Shown one piece after another: positions 29,054 through 45,104 of a DNA stretch of 64,000 nt. Source of the stretch: the human T2T-CHM13v2.0 reference genome, Homo sapiens; NCBI RefSeq assembly GCF_009914755.1, contig NC_060926.1. One strand, written 5' to 3'. The position numbers and the translations under genes are program-made. The notes below the pieces were generated by a model. The model did not search any database. It saw only the letters and a list, made by a program, of their open reading frames with translations, and had not been told where the DNA came from. Position 1 is the first letter of the stretch. The number at the start of each line of letters is the position of its first letter.

Positions 29054-30081
29054 CTGAAAGAAAAAAGCAAGTTATCTTTTTACACAGTTTATTCTAAACT
29101 TCTTTTCAAATTATTAAAATGGGTGGAGGGTGGCTACGAAATTGAGAAATGTAAGTCCTTGTTTTATAACCAGACTCATTTAGAAATATACTATACAGCA
29201 AAAGAAAAATTACTTCTGTAGATCATTAAAACTGAAGTAAAAGATCTTTATCTTTTAAAGCCTTGGTCTTTGACACACAGCAGTGTGTGTGTCAGAACTT
29301 TTTGTCAACTCAGCACATTTTTTCTTAGAATGGAAGACAAGCAAATCAGATTACTGTACCTTGTTTTTTTGGAGTCAATACAGAACAGGATTAGCAAATA
29401 ATGTAAAAAAAAAGTCTTAAAATAGACATTAGCAAATGCAGTTCAAAAAAATCTATTCAGATGAGATATAATGACAAGAGAGCAAATGATGATATAGGTG
29501 TTGCCACTCTCAGTATTCAAACACTGTATCTAGGACCACCGGGAATCTGAGCAAGGCTGCTAATGCCCCAGGAATATCACTATCTGTCTCTTGGTTTGCA
29601 AATACTGCACAGGCTCACACCATTTCATCTGCTCTATTCAAACCCAACTTCACTCCTTAATTTGTTTATCTTGAAGTCAGGCTACACTGTGCACTTCCAG
29701 TAAGTAATTTCTCCACACTTGGGTAAAATTCGAACTCAGCAACAATCAGCCCTTAATTACATAATCTACGCAGCCATTCAACAGGTTGAAATTCAGAAAG
29801 TTTCCGATTCTTCACTCGTTTTTATTTAAACATTTAATGAATGCATTATGATTACAGTGTATTATTGAATAAACTCCCAAACTTAAACTAAAACTCATTC
29901 CTATCAATCACGTTGTAACAAGGAATTCCGACAGTGACAGGAAATGAAAGGATCTATTTTTAAAACAGACCTTATTTAACTATGTTCTCATAATACACAA
30001 TAAGGTGGCTATCTAGATAAGAACTAGCACTCTGAATTTGCCCATTATTTTAAATAGTCAACTTTCAGTTATCTATTGCAA

Positions 30082-30373
30082 TTTTTTTTTTTTTTTGAGA
30101 CGGAGTCTTGCTCTGTCGCCTTGGCTGCAGTACAGCAGCATGATCTCAGCTCACTACAAGCTCCACCTCCCAAGTTCAAGCAATTCGCCTGCCTCAGCCT
30201 CCCGAGCAGCTGGGATTACAGGCTCCCACCACCACACCTAGCTAATTTTTGCATTTTTAGTAAAGACAGGGTTTCACCATGTTGGCTAGGTCTCGAACTC
30301 CTGACCTCAGGTGATCTGCCCTCCTCAGCTTCCAAAGTGCTGGGATTACAGGCATGATCCACTGCATCTGGCC
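30082..30373 (-). mobile_element. Alu (S-like)
   Basis: Reverse dimeric Alu. Confidence 0.95.
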
Positions 30374-32702
30374 TTGTAATTTTTTATACAAGGTCAACAT
30401 AATCCTCAGTAACTCTGTATTCCTAAGAAATAAAAATAAATCTAACCTAAGTAAAATATGCATATTAGGGATGTAAATAAACCATAATTGCTAAAAATAA
30501 GCTTAAAATGTGTGTAAGAAAATAAACAAAGTTGACTTTCAGCTTATCTAGTATTCCAAATTACCTATCATGTCCTTTTTCTTACTATAGATATGTTTAT
30601 TATTTGAGACAAGTGAGAGAAGCCAATAGTATTTTTAAAATAACAGGAGCTCAAAGTCTGTTGCAATCAACCTGCAAAACTATAGTCTGACCTTACTAAA
30701 TATTAATCCTGTTCTATATATTTTGCTAATGAGCCTTTAAACTAGAAATCCTGCTGCTCTAATAGGTTTGGCAAACACACAATTAAACGGCTACATATTT
30801 TAGCAGAAAAAGAAATGTTTTGAAGAGAAGTTTTTGCCAGATTTTTCTCTCCAACAGAAAGGGGTGTGACCTGAGGAGTGGGTAAGAAAGGAGAAATGAC
30901 AAACCAGCAGAGAGATGTATTACTGTCCCTTTCTGTGTTGAATAAGCTGCTTCCCTTGTTCTTGCTTCTTTCAAATAATCCTCATAATTATCACAAACAA
31001 TACCTGTGGGCATTGTTTTCTTAATACAAATTCCTTGAGGAAAGCAACCTCATAAAAATATCATCTTGTATTTGTGGAGCATCACACACAGCTTTATGAA
31101 ACAGAGAGGGATGAGCAGCCCACACTGTACAACAACTACATTCTTGTGTGCCCTCATGGGTCATGTCTAGGCGATAGGGATTTAAGATAAGTAGCATGCG
31201 TGGTAAATCAATAATAGATGTGGATGCCAATTAAATGGGAGGAGGGCTCTGAGATATCTCAGGCTCTTGGTGGCAGAGAGAATCAGCCCTTTGCCAAAGG
31301 GTAGGGAGACAGTGACTGGCAAAACTGAAATCTGACTCCACACTCTTTCCACTCCCGAATACCTAACAAAGTGCCCTGTCCCGCAGACCGTGAGGTGGCA
31401 GTCCCGGATGACAATGACAGGTGAAAATAACACTGCAGCCTTTCTTGTTCAACAGAAAGCAGAAGATTGTTAAACAGCCAAGTTCAGACAAAGCCACTTG
31501 AAGTCTATCAAAACTCGAGTGGTTCTATAATTTCTTCACAAATAAATGTATTCATTTTTTCTGCCAATTCATCTGAATAGTATAGAAATACTAGGGCAGA
31601 AGGATGTTAATAAGATAGAATAGTCTAAAAGGTACATTATCTACCACAATAATGCTTAGCAACTTGGATATTCTAACGCTTTCATTATCTAAAATTTCTT
31701 TCAAAAGAACTTACATGGAACACAGCTTTGCACATAGACATATAGATACACACATACACACACACCATGAAAAAAGGAAACCATATGTAACTATTCTAAT
31801 TTAAAATGGCATCTGTAAGTTGATTCAAGTTTAAGGCTATATTTCAAGACATTATACTTTGAAAGCCTTGAAAGCCACAATTGAGAAGTTTCATATTTAC
31901 CTTAATCATCCTTTTTATTCCTTTATCTTATTCAATATTGAGTATGTAAATTCTTTAAGCCCAATAAATCAAAGTACTTTCCACTCAGTGCCTTCAACTT
32001 CTGCTTCACTACCCCTTATAACCTCACAATTAGTTTCTGGATATTAAAATGCATACACACGGCGAAGATTGTGATTTCAAAGGATTTTAGGTCATAAGTT
32101 GTTCTATCAAATGAGAACAGAATGAAAAGCCACTCCAAAAAAAAATCTAAGGTAATAAAAAATTTATACTTTAAAATGTCTGCACCAATTAACAGAAATA
32201 TTTATTAGGTGCATCGTACCTTTCAAATGAAGTCTCAAATTCAAAGTTTGGTGAGTGTCACTCTGCTGAAGGTTAATAACTGTGCCATCTTTATAACAAA
32301 TAATGAATGACAACATCTAGCTTCTTACCTTATTACTCCATTTTTAAATCATCAATTGTAACACATAAAACTACTATATAACATGCCCAAATTATTGGCA
32401 TTTAAAATGTTAAATCCCTTCTTTTAATTCTTAGTCTTCAATCATTTTTCCTTTTCTAATTACCTGGCAGAGAAACTCGTTTTAAACACAGTTTTGGCAA
32501 ACATGCTACTCTTTGCAAATACGCCACTTCCTTACTATTACAATTCATTTCAGCAATATACTAGCATTCCTGTATTTCTAAATAAACTTCCAAATTGGTT
32601 TTTATTTACAGATAGTCATTTTTGAAAACAAAATTTAAGTTTGTAACAAACTAATGCAAAATTGTATTTATATATATTTTAAAAGAATAAAAAAATGGTT
32701 AC

Positions 32703-32753
32703 CATATTTATAATTTCTGAATGGTGGTGGCAGGTTGGTCCTTAAAGGGACAT
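32703..32753 (-). CDS. C2orf76: C2orf76 coding exon 2 (51 nt, phase 1-1)
   Basis: Acceptor tttctcttgtag|AT, donor TATG|gtaacc. Continues the frame as (D)VPLRTNLPPPFRNYKY. Confidence 0.96.
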
Positions 32754-32911
32754 CTACAAGAGAAAGATTATTTTTTTACACAATAAGCAAATAGACACTC
32801 ATAGAATATGCACAGTCTTTTGGTTCTATTCTTTTCTATCTACAGACTAAGTTACCTTGAAAAACCTGACAGAACACAGAATAAATACATCACCGAAATC
32901 CAAGGGCCATC

Positions 32912-33253
32912 TATATTAGTCCATTCTCATACCACTATAAAGAAATACCCAAGACTAGGTAATCTATTAAAAAAAATGTTTAATGGACTGGGGAGGCCTC
33001 ACAATCATGGCAGGTGAAAGAGGAGCAAAGGCACATCTAACATGGCGCCAGGCAAGAGGGTCTGTGCATGGGAACTGCCCTTTATAAAACCATCAGATCT
33101 CACGACACTTATTCACTACCGTAAGAACAGCATGGGAAAAACCCACCCCCATGATTCAATTCTCTCCCACCAGGTCCCTCCCCTGACAGGTGGGGATTAT
33201 GGGAGCTACAATGCAAGATGAGATTTGGGTAGGGATACGGCCAAAGCATATCA
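32912..33253 (-). mobile_element. THE1-type MaLR solo LTR
   Basis: Reverse complement starts tgatatgctttgg and ends gaatggactaatata; exact 5-bp TSD CCATC at 32907-32911 and 33254-33258. Confidence 0.92.
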
Positions 33254-33777
33254 CCATCTAAAATATTAGAGCTATTGACAAGATGTTGAGTTGTTACTAT
33301 CTGAACTAAGACTTCAGTAACACTATTAAAAGAATGTTTAATTTCATTAGACAACAGTATCTATGTATAGTTAAAATATATACTAATACACTTGTGTGAG
33401 ACATATATATATATATATATATATAGCTGATGTTTGTTTAGCATATGAATCTGAGAGCCCCTTATGGGTCTTTGGCCATTAGTGGAAACCAATGATCTAG
33501 AACAATCTTATTACTCCACCAAAATTCATATAACCAACAAAATAACTCCTCTAACTCCGCAAAGACAACAAAACACAGTAAATATTCTTTTAAAAACATA
33601 TTCCAAATGCCAGTACTAATTTTAATTAATATCTGCTGGTACAACACCTAACAGAGAAATGTGTGTATATATGTGTATATATATATATATCTCAAAATTA
33701 CATATGCACATACTCCTTGACCTAGCCATTCCACTTCAGAATCAATGAGTGAATGAACGAATTTATTGATTAACTGA

Positions 33778-34077
<300 letters not shown>

Positions 34078-34585
34078 TAGAACTATACTACACACGAGTG
34101 TGTGTAAAATGACATTCATAGAAGGGTATTAACTGCAGCATTGCTCACAGCAGCAAATGTTAGGAAAAGTCCAAATGTCCTTCAATTAGGTACTCGTTAA
34201 GTAAATCATAATATGCCCAAACAATGAAAAATACTTTTCAACTGTTAAAAGAAAAAGAAGGAAGCTCTCTACTAACATGATAAGATCTTCAAGTTACATC
34301 AAGGCTAAAGAGATATGAGAGAACATTATTTTTAGGAAGCTACCTTTTGAGTAAAAAGGGGGTAAAATGAGAATTTATGGTGGGATTTGCTTGTACTTGC
34401 TGAGTGGGGGGTGGGGAGGGCAGGGGGGTGCTGCACTGGTCAGACAGAGACCAGAAGGGTAAAGGAGACTTTTCACTATATTCCTTTCCACATTTTGATC
34501 TTAAAACCACATGAATGTGTTACCTACTAAAGAAAAGTAAAACAAACAAAAAATATCCACGTATCTAAATTAGGAAATGTGAAGG

Positions 34586-34872
34586 TTTTTGAGACAGGGT
34601 CTTGCTCTGTTGCCCAGGCTAGAGTGCAGGGATGTGATTATACTCACAGTAGCCTTGACCTCCTGGGCCCAAGCGATCCTCCCACCTCAGCCTCCCAAGT
34701 AGCTGGGACTACAGGCGCTCAGCACCATGCCCATAGTCCCGGCATTTTTTTTTTTTTTAATAGACAGGTTTCACTAGGTTGCCCAGGCTGATCTAAAATT
34801 CCTGGGCTCAAGCAATCCTCTCACCTCGCCCCGAAAGTGCTGGGATTACAGGCATGAGCCACTACACCTGGT
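34586..34872 (-). mobile_element. Alu (J-like)
   Basis: Reverse Alu; TSD aggaaatgtg. Confidence 0.92.
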
Positions 34873-35849
34873 CAGGAAATGTGGGTTTTTTTAAAATGCT
34901 TTTTCAAGATCAAATACGTATCAAATTAAAATATAATTGATTAATTTATGTTACAAGCATTTAAAGCACCTACTACCAGGTATTCCAGGAACAGAGTAAA
35001 AGAGGAGCTGCCCACTCATGACAGCGTGTGCTCCAGTGGTGAATGCTGTAACAAAAGTACGTTTCCAGCCAGTGCTATGGTCCTAGGAGTGTGGTCCTCA
35101 CCCCGGCTGCACGTCAGGATCACCCAGCCTGGCACGAGTGGATCTGACTCACGGTAGGCTGGTCCCAGGCAGAGATATTTAAACACAAAACAAAACAAAA
35201 CAAAACAAAAAAAACCCTGAGATGATTCGTACTCAAATTCACCCAGAGGCCAGACAGGTGACAACAGGTAAGTGAAGCAGGTCAAACAAGGAGGGGCAGT
35301 GAGATCTGAGAGCATGCGCCCATCAAAGGGGGCTCTGCCAGTCAGTGCTGACTGATCACAGTGCTGTAGGAACATGAGCCTGGAGTGGCCACACCTAAAG
35401 ATTTAAATGGCAATGCTACAAGTCTAGGGTTTTAGGTGAAATTTCTTGACTTTTAAAACACTATAGGCCAAAAGAAACCTCTCTGGAGGCAGGATTTGCC
35501 TGCCAGATACCAATTTGAAACCTCTGGCTTAGGCTTACCAGAGCATATGTACTTCATTTTATTCTTCTTGTGTCTCCATTATTTGTGAATTATGGGCCAA
35601 AGCAGTATTCATTCAACATCAGAAAGGAGAATTAATTCCATTTAATGTATTGACATTTATATTTCCTGAATTAGACAATGAAACTCCCTGAAGAAAGCCA
35701 TGAGGTGAAGAACAGATGGCCCCATGAAGCTATTATCATTTAGAGATGTCTACGACTGAAGAAATCAAATCAGTCTTATGTTCAATCCAGACTTCTGAGA
35801 GAAGAGACAACGACCAGGACACAGCGAGCACCTATTCTCTTCCTGCCTT

Positions 35850-36180
35850 TACATCTTAACTGAAGTGCCATCTCCTCTGACAACCCTTCTAAAGCGGGGG
35901 TCTTCTCTGATATTGTTTCCTTCATAACAGGTTTTACAATTATAGTTTTGTCTTTTAACTTATTTTTGTCACTATTTCCTATGAATTTATAAATTCCTCG
36001 GGATGAAAACGTGGGCTGTCCTCTCAAAACCTAGGACCATGTCCGGCCCATAACAAATTATCACAAACTGCTTCCATGAGGGCAGGGACCACAGCCTGTT
36101 TTCTTCATTGTGTTGTCAGAACCTAAAATAGTGCCTGGTACACAGCATGTGCTCAAAATATTCATGAAAGAATACATATA
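35850..36180 (+). mobile_element. LINE-2 3' end fragment(s)
   Basis: cttccatgagggcagggacc...aatagtgcctggtacacagcatgtgctcaaaatatt. Confidence 0.7.
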
Positions 36181-36608
36181 ATTTAATGCCTACAGTTGCC
36201 AGTGGAGAACACTGAGGTCTCAAGAAGTGCCTGGTCAGCCCAAGGTGTCAAGAGCTGGGACCAGAACCCTGCCCTCTCGACTCCCCTCCTGCAGCACTGA
36301 GAAGGGTGGGAACTAAAGCAGTTACCTTCCACAGTGGCAGAAAGACAGATTAGACATTAGACACACTCCAGTGAGATAAGAGCTTTAACCAAAATACATA
36401 TAAAGATGCCTGCAAAGGAACTGGAAAAAAACAAACATGTTCTTTATGCTAAAGGTCATTTTTAATCTTGTGCTATTACAAATAAAGCTGGGAACATTCA
36501 CATGGAGGAAATTACTTTCATTCTCACAGGCACATACTGTCATTCCACCTAGAAGTGGAATGGCTGGATCATACAATAGGTATATGTTTAGCTTTCTAAG
36601 AAATTGGT

Positions 36609-37160
<552 letters not shown>

Positions 37161-38959
37161 AACACTGCCTCCAAAAAAAGGAAAGAAATGATAAATCATT
37201 TTCCAGAGTGGCTGTTCCTTTTAATATTCCCACTAGTGGTATATGAGAGTTCCAATTCTTCCACATCCTAGCCAAAACTTCCTATGGTTACTCCTTTTAA
37301 TTTCAGTCATTCTTATGGATGTGTTGTGTAATCTCATTGTGGTTTTAATTTCCATTTCACTAAAGACTAATGATGAGTATTAATTAATGTGCTTATCTGC
37401 CATACATACGTCTTCTTTAGTGAAGTGTCCGTTCAAATATTTTGCCCACTTTTAATTGTGTTGTGTGTCTTATTATTGAGTTATAAGAGGTTTTGGTTTT
37501 GGTTTTAATTCTTATTATTCTAGATAATAGTTCCTAATAGTTCCTTGTTGGATGTATGTTTTACAAATATCTTCTCCACATCTGTGGTTTGGTTTTTCAT
37601 TTTTTTAGTATATTTTGAAAAGGAAAAGTTTTTAATTTTGCTAAAGCCCAATTGATTTTTGCTTTTATAGTTTATGCTTATTGTGCTGTATTTAAGAAAC
37701 TTTTACCAAAATCAAAGTCTCTAAGGTTTGTTGCTGTTTTCTTCTAGATGTTTTATAGTTTTACCTTTTACATTTAGTTCTTGGCCAATTTTGAGTTATT
37801 TTTGTATATGGTAGGAGGTAAGCATTGAGGTTCATTTATTTGCATATGGCTATCCAATTGTCCTAATACCTTGCTTGGGAAAATTACACTCTCCTCAAAA
37901 ATACCTTGAGCAAAAATCAATTTAACACATCTGTGTGTCTGTCTCTGGACTCCGCTTCCATTAACGTATATGTTTATCTACACACCAGTATCACATATGC
38001 AGTACTTGATTACTATAGTTTTATAGCAGTAAGTCATGAAATAAGGTAGTGTAATTTCTTCAACTTTTTTCCTTCTTTTTGTGAGTTATGACGATTTTAG
38101 GTCTTTTGCCTTTCCTTACAAATTTTAGAATAAGTTTGGTATTATCTGAAAGGAAAAAAAAAGCCTGCCAGAATTTTGATTAGAACTGGAATCAATACCA
38201 CAGTTTGAGGACACATGACATCTTAACAGTTTTGAGTTTTCTGATCCATGAACACAGTATACCTCTCCATTTACTTAGGTCTCTAAATTTCTCTCAGTGA
38301 TATTTAAAGTTTTTAGAGTAAAAGTCTTACACTTCTACCAAATGTATCCTAAGTATTTCAGGTTTTTTGATGTTTTATCATTTTTTTTTCAGTTTCCCAC
38401 TGTATATTGCTTGTAACTAGAAATACAATTAATTCTTGTACACTGATCTTATATCTTAATATCTTATAACCTTGCTAAGCTCAGTTTGTAAGTTCTGGTA
38501 GCATTTGTATAGATTTCATAGGATTTTCTGCATAGATAATCATATTGCCTGTGAATAATGACAGTTTCACGTCCTCCTTTCAAACAGGGTTGCCTGTTAC
38601 TTCATTTTCTTGCCTTAATGAACTGGCTAGAACTCCAGTACAATGTTGAATAGCAGTGATGATGAACAGATGTCCCTGCTTCCTTATTTTAGGAGGAAAG
38701 CACTCAGTCTTTCACCATTAAGCATGATGTTAGGCAACAGTTTTTCATACTCTTCATCAGGTAGAGGAAGTTCCTTTTTATTCCTAGCTTGAAAAGAGTT
38801 TTTAGCAGGAATGGATTTTGGATTCTGTCTTCAATTAAAATAATCTTATAGTTTTCTTTTCTTTACTATTAATATGATGAATTACATGGATTTTTTTTTT
38901 TTTTTTTTTTTTTTGGTGGAACCAGCATTGCATTCTTAGGATAAACCCTACATGGTCAT

Positions 38960-39392
38960 TGATATAGTTTGGATGTTTTGTCCCCTCCAAATCTCATGTT
39001 GACATGTAACCTCCAAAGTTGGCGATGAGCCTAGTGAGAGGTGTTTGGGTCACGGGGGTAGATCCCTCACAAATGGGTTGGTGCTCTCCATGCTATAATG
39101 GGTGCGTTCCTCCTCTATTAGTTCACGTGAGATCCGGCTGTTTAAAAAGAGCCTGATATCTTCTCCCTCTCTCTCTCTCTTGCTTCCTCTCTCATATGGC
39201 ATGCTATGTGGCATGCTGACTTCCCTTTGCCTTCCACCATGGTAGTAAGCTTCTTGAGGCCCTCACCAGAAGCACATGCCAGCACTAAGCTTTGGGTATG
39301 GCTTACAGAACCGAGAGTCAAATAAATCTCTTTTCTTTATAAATTACCCAGCTTCAGGTATTCCTTTATAGCAATGCAAACAGACTAACAGA
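38960..39392 (+). mobile_element. MST-type (MSTB-like) MaLR solo LTR inside the L1
   Basis: tgatatagtttggatg...gcaatgcaaacagactaacaga; exact 5-bp TSD GTCAT. Confidence 0.92.
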
Positions 39393-39581
39393 GTCATAAT
39401 GTATTATCCTTTTTAAATATTGTTGGATTTGATTTACTAAAGTTTGGGCAAGAATTTTTACATCTCCATTCATGATGGATATTGGCTGGTAGCTTTATTT
39501 TCTTTCAACAACTTTTTCTGGTTTGGTATCAGGGTAAGGATGACCTCAGAGAATGAGTTGAAAAATATTCTGCCCCCCTCC

Positions 39582-39712
39582 TTTTTTTTTTCTTAAGAGA
39601 CAGTATCTCGCTATGTTGCTTGGGTTGTTCTCAAACTTCTGGCCTCAAGAGAACCTCCTGCCTCAGCCTCCTATATAGCTGGGATTAGAGGCAAGAACTA
39701 TCGTGCCTGGCT
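39582..39712 (-). mobile_element. Alu monomer (FLAM-like)
   Basis: Single reverse Alu arm. Confidence 0.8.
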
Positions 39713-41543
39713 CCCATCCTTCTTCTGGAAGAATCTCTGTAGAATTGAGATTATTTCTTTCTTAAAAATATGGTAGAATGTACCAGTGAAACCATCTGGG
39801 CCTGGAGTTTTCTTTGTGGAAGTATTTTTTAACCATAATTCCTTTTAAAATACAGAGTTGTTCATGCCGTTTCTTTTTTAGTGAGCTTTGATAGTTTGGG
39901 TCTTTGAAGCAATTTGTCCTCTTTATCTAGGATACTGTACTTATTAGCATTAAATTGTTAAGAATATTCCTTTATTATTCTTTTAATATCTGCAGAAAGT
40001 CTGTAGTGATATGACAACTGTCACTCCTGATACTGGTAACTTGTATCTTCTCTATTTCCTGATCAGTCTGGCTAGAGTTTACTCAATTTTATTGATCTCC
40101 AAGAATCAACTTTGACTGTTATGGATTTTCTCTATGGTTTTTCTATTTTCTGCTGTGATCATTATTATTTCTTTTATTCTGATTATTTTAGGTTTCATTT
40201 GCTTTTCTGTTTCTAGTTTCTTAACATAAAGACTGAAATCATTGATTTGAAACCTTTTTTAATATTTAGGTGTTTTAGTACTATAGACTTTCTTTTAAAT
40301 ACTATTTTACATGCATCCCACAAAATTTGAAAAGTTGTATATTCATTTCCACTCAGTTCAAAATACCTTCCCTTTTGATCTCTGCTTTGACCCTTAGGCT
40401 ATTTAGAAGTGTGTTATTTGGTTTCCAAATATTTGGAGATTTTTCCAGAGATCTTTCTGTTATTGATTTCTAATCTAATTCCATTATGGCCAGAAAATAG
40501 ACACTGTCTAATTTGAATCCTTTAAAATCGATTAAGACTTGTTTTATAATATGAAATCTGGACTATTCATAAACGCTCCATGTGCATTTGAAGGAAATGT
40601 GTAAATTCCACTATTGTTGGAAGCAAGATTCTATAGATGTCAATTCAGTTGATTGGGTTGCTAGTGTTTTTAAGTTCTCTTGATCCTTACTGATTTTCTA
40701 TTTGTTCCATTCCTCTATTTCTTCCTGCAGTTCTATGAGTTTTTACTTCATTTATTTTGAAATTCTGTTGTTAGGTGCATCGTTATGTCCTCTCAGTTGA
40801 TGCCTTTATCATTATGAAGTGATAGTTTTATCCCTAGTAATATTTTGCTCTAAAATCTACTTCATCTGATACTAATACAGTCCCTCCACTTTTCTTTGGA
40901 TTCATATCAGCATGGTATAACTTTCTCATCCTTCTATTCTTACTTGATTTTTATCTTTAAAGTACATTTCTTGTAGGTAACATATAATTGGGACTTCCTA
41001 TTATATGTCTGTCTTTTAATTGGGGTATTTAGACCATTTACTTTCAATGTGATTATTGATATGGTTAAAGTTTGCTATTCTTTTAAATTTGTTCTCTATT
41101 TCCTCTTTTTCTATCTTCTTTTGGATTGTCTATTTGACAATATTTTATGATTCCATTTTATCTCTTTTTTTAGCTCATTAGCTGTAACCCTTAGATTGTG
41201 GGGTTGGGAGGCAGGAGTTGCTTTGAGGTTTACAGTAAACATCTTTATCGGTCTACCTCCAAATGATACTATAACACTTTGTAATAGCAAAAGATTCTTC
41301 CATTTCTCCTCTGCTGGCCTTTGTGCTACTGCTGTCATAAATTTCCCACAAAACCCACAATACGTTGTTGTTGTGTTTCTTTAAATGGTCAAATATTTTT
41401 TTTAATTATTTTCAAAATAAGAAAAAATATTTTATATTTATTATATTTACCATTTCCAGTACTCTCTATTTCTCTGTGTGCATCCAGATTTATATCTGGT
41501 ATCATTTTCCTTATGCCTGAAGAGGGTCTTCCAACATTTCTTA

Positions 41544-42048
<505 letters not shown>

Positions 42049-44221
42049 TTACCACCAGTTAAGCAGTTAGATTATGGTATGCCTTGGTGTGGCTTTCTTC
42101 ATGTTTCTTTTGCTTGGGATTTGTTGAACTGCTGGGAAATGTGAGTCTCTAGTTTTCATCATATTTGTAAAATTTTCAATCATTATTTCTTCAAATATAT
42201 CTTCTGTCCCCCGTCCCTCTCTCCTTCACTATCTCCAATTACATGTATATTTGGCTACTAGAAGTTGTCCCATACCTCCCCACTGCTTTATTTTTTCCAG
42301 TCTTTTCCTGTGTTTCATTTTAGATTGTTTTGTTGCTATGTTTTCAAGTTGACTAATTTTTTCTCCGCAGCATCTAATCTGCAGGCTAATCCTGTCCAGT
42401 GTATACCCATCTCAGACAATATTTTCAATTCAGGTATTTTTAAATATCTTCCATTGCTAACATGCTCAATCTTTCCTCTAGCTTCTCGAACATTTTGCAA
42501 TATGGTCATAATTATCTCCATCATCTTTGTTTACTAATTTTATCACCTGCAATATTTCTGGGTTGGTTTCAATAGACTGATTTTTTTTTTCTGCTCATTA
42601 TGGGTCATACTTTTTTGCTTCTTTGCATGCCTGTTAAGTTCTGATTTGATGCTAGACACCGTAAATTTTATCTTGTTGGGTGCTGGATATTTCTGTATTC
42701 CTGTAAGCTTTCTTGAGCTTTCTTCTGCAACACAGTTAAATTACTTGGAAACAATCTGATCCTTTCAAGTTGTGCTTCTGAACTTTGTTAGGTGGGACCA
42801 GGACAGAATTCAGTCTACAGCTAATTTTGCTCTACTACTGAAGCAACACCCTTCTGGATACTCTGCCCGATAACCTGTGAATAACAAGGTTTCCACTCCA
42901 ACAGGTGGAATAAAAACTATTCCCAGCCCTGTAGGAGCTCCGAGCATTTCTCATTCTACTAGTTTTAGGTGGTTCTTTCCCAGGCTTCCAGTGGTTTCTT
43001 TACTTGCTTGCACTGATCCATACACAACTGAAGACTCACACTCTGCATATCTTCAAAGATCCTCTGCAAATCTTCAGAGCTCCCCATCTCTCTGTGCAGC
43101 TCTCTATATCCCTGTACTCTGCCCTGTGAACTCTCCAGGGTCCACTCCAGACTGCCAGCTCTGACTCCTAAACTCATGGAACCCACCAGCTTTGCCTGAA
43201 TTCCCTCTCCCCGCCCTGTGGCCTGGAAAGTGGCACAATCATAGGGGTCACCATGTCTGTTTCCCCAATCCCAGGGAAATGATTGTTTTATATATTATAC
43301 ATAGTTTTTTTAGTTGTTTAATGTAGAAGAGCAAGCCTGGTACCCTGGTCCCACTCCATCTTGGCTGAAAGCAAAAGTTTATGACGTATCTATTATATTC
43401 TGAAAATTATTTCCCACTTTGCACTGCGTTTTTCTTTCATTTTATGTTTTCCCACCTTTGAACTTAAGACTTCAGAATGTTGCAAAAACTAATTTAATAT
43501 TTCATTAATAGAAAGGAAGGTCACGAGAAGGTAACCACTAACTTTTCTCATACAATTAAGTCTCCATAAAAAAAAAATCAGTGGAAAAATTTAGGCAACT
43601 TAACAAATATACTACTGAAAATTACAATGCCCCAGGGGAGTCTGAAATGTTAAAACACACATTTCAATACAAAAATCAATAAAGTCTAGAAAACCATTGA
43701 AATATCAAGAGGCAATAAAATAATTCTTTGCCTCACAGTAAAGGCTCTAAAAATAGAAGTGATACAATTTGTAACTTATTATTGGATGCTGGATCTACAT
43801 TAGAAGACCTTTGAGAAAGCATAAACACCTAAAGGAAAAAAAAAAATAAAACTAAGCCAATGACTAATCTATATGGACAAAGAATACCAAACACCTAATA
43901 ATCAAAACTATGCACCAACATTCAAACCTGATAAGGTATCCTTATCAGATATGATGGTAAGATTCAAAGGTTAAGCTATATGCTTTTTACTTTAATTATA
44001 AAATAATCTAAATTATAGAAAAGCACAGAGTAGAACAAAAAATTCACTTAACCCACCAACCAGATTTTACAAATGTTAACATGTAGTCATATTACTATAG
44101 ATCCTTTATTATTTTTTTTAACTAAGTAAAACAATCTGGATACAGCTAAAGCCTTTCTATCTTTTGCCAGTCCCACTGTTACTCCCTTCCTAGAAGAAAC
44201 CACCTGCCATCCCTAGGTTAG

Positions 44222-44602
<381 letters not shown>

Positions 44603-45104
44603 TAAAATTATAAAGTACTTAAATTAAAGAATGCACAGCACATCCTGTAGTAGAGTAGTAAAAACAACAAAGCATTGCCTTAACAGTATGTTGAAGGAAC
44701 TGCCTCACGTGATAAGGCAATAATACATTATGACTGTGCTGCAGCCACATTATTGTATTCCTTTCAAAAAAAGAGAGGCTTCAAGGGACGGGTTCTCTAC
44801 AGAAGAGTGCCAGATAATACATGTAGAGATAATCATAGAATTAGAAAAATCACAATTTTTCAACCACCAATGATTCAGATAAGGATCATCAATAAATGCT
44901 AAAACCATAAGAAACAAGATATGTAAATGGTCTCAATGTTGATCACTCCATAGACTACTTATAAATTAGAAAGACACTTTAACATCAGGAAAATCTGGTG
45001 GATGGCACCTGTAGCCAAAGGATTTAAATCTGTATCACCAATGAAGGCATAAACTGACATTCAGTGTTTCCTGATGTGATGCAACAAGGAGGAATCACCT
45101 ACAT

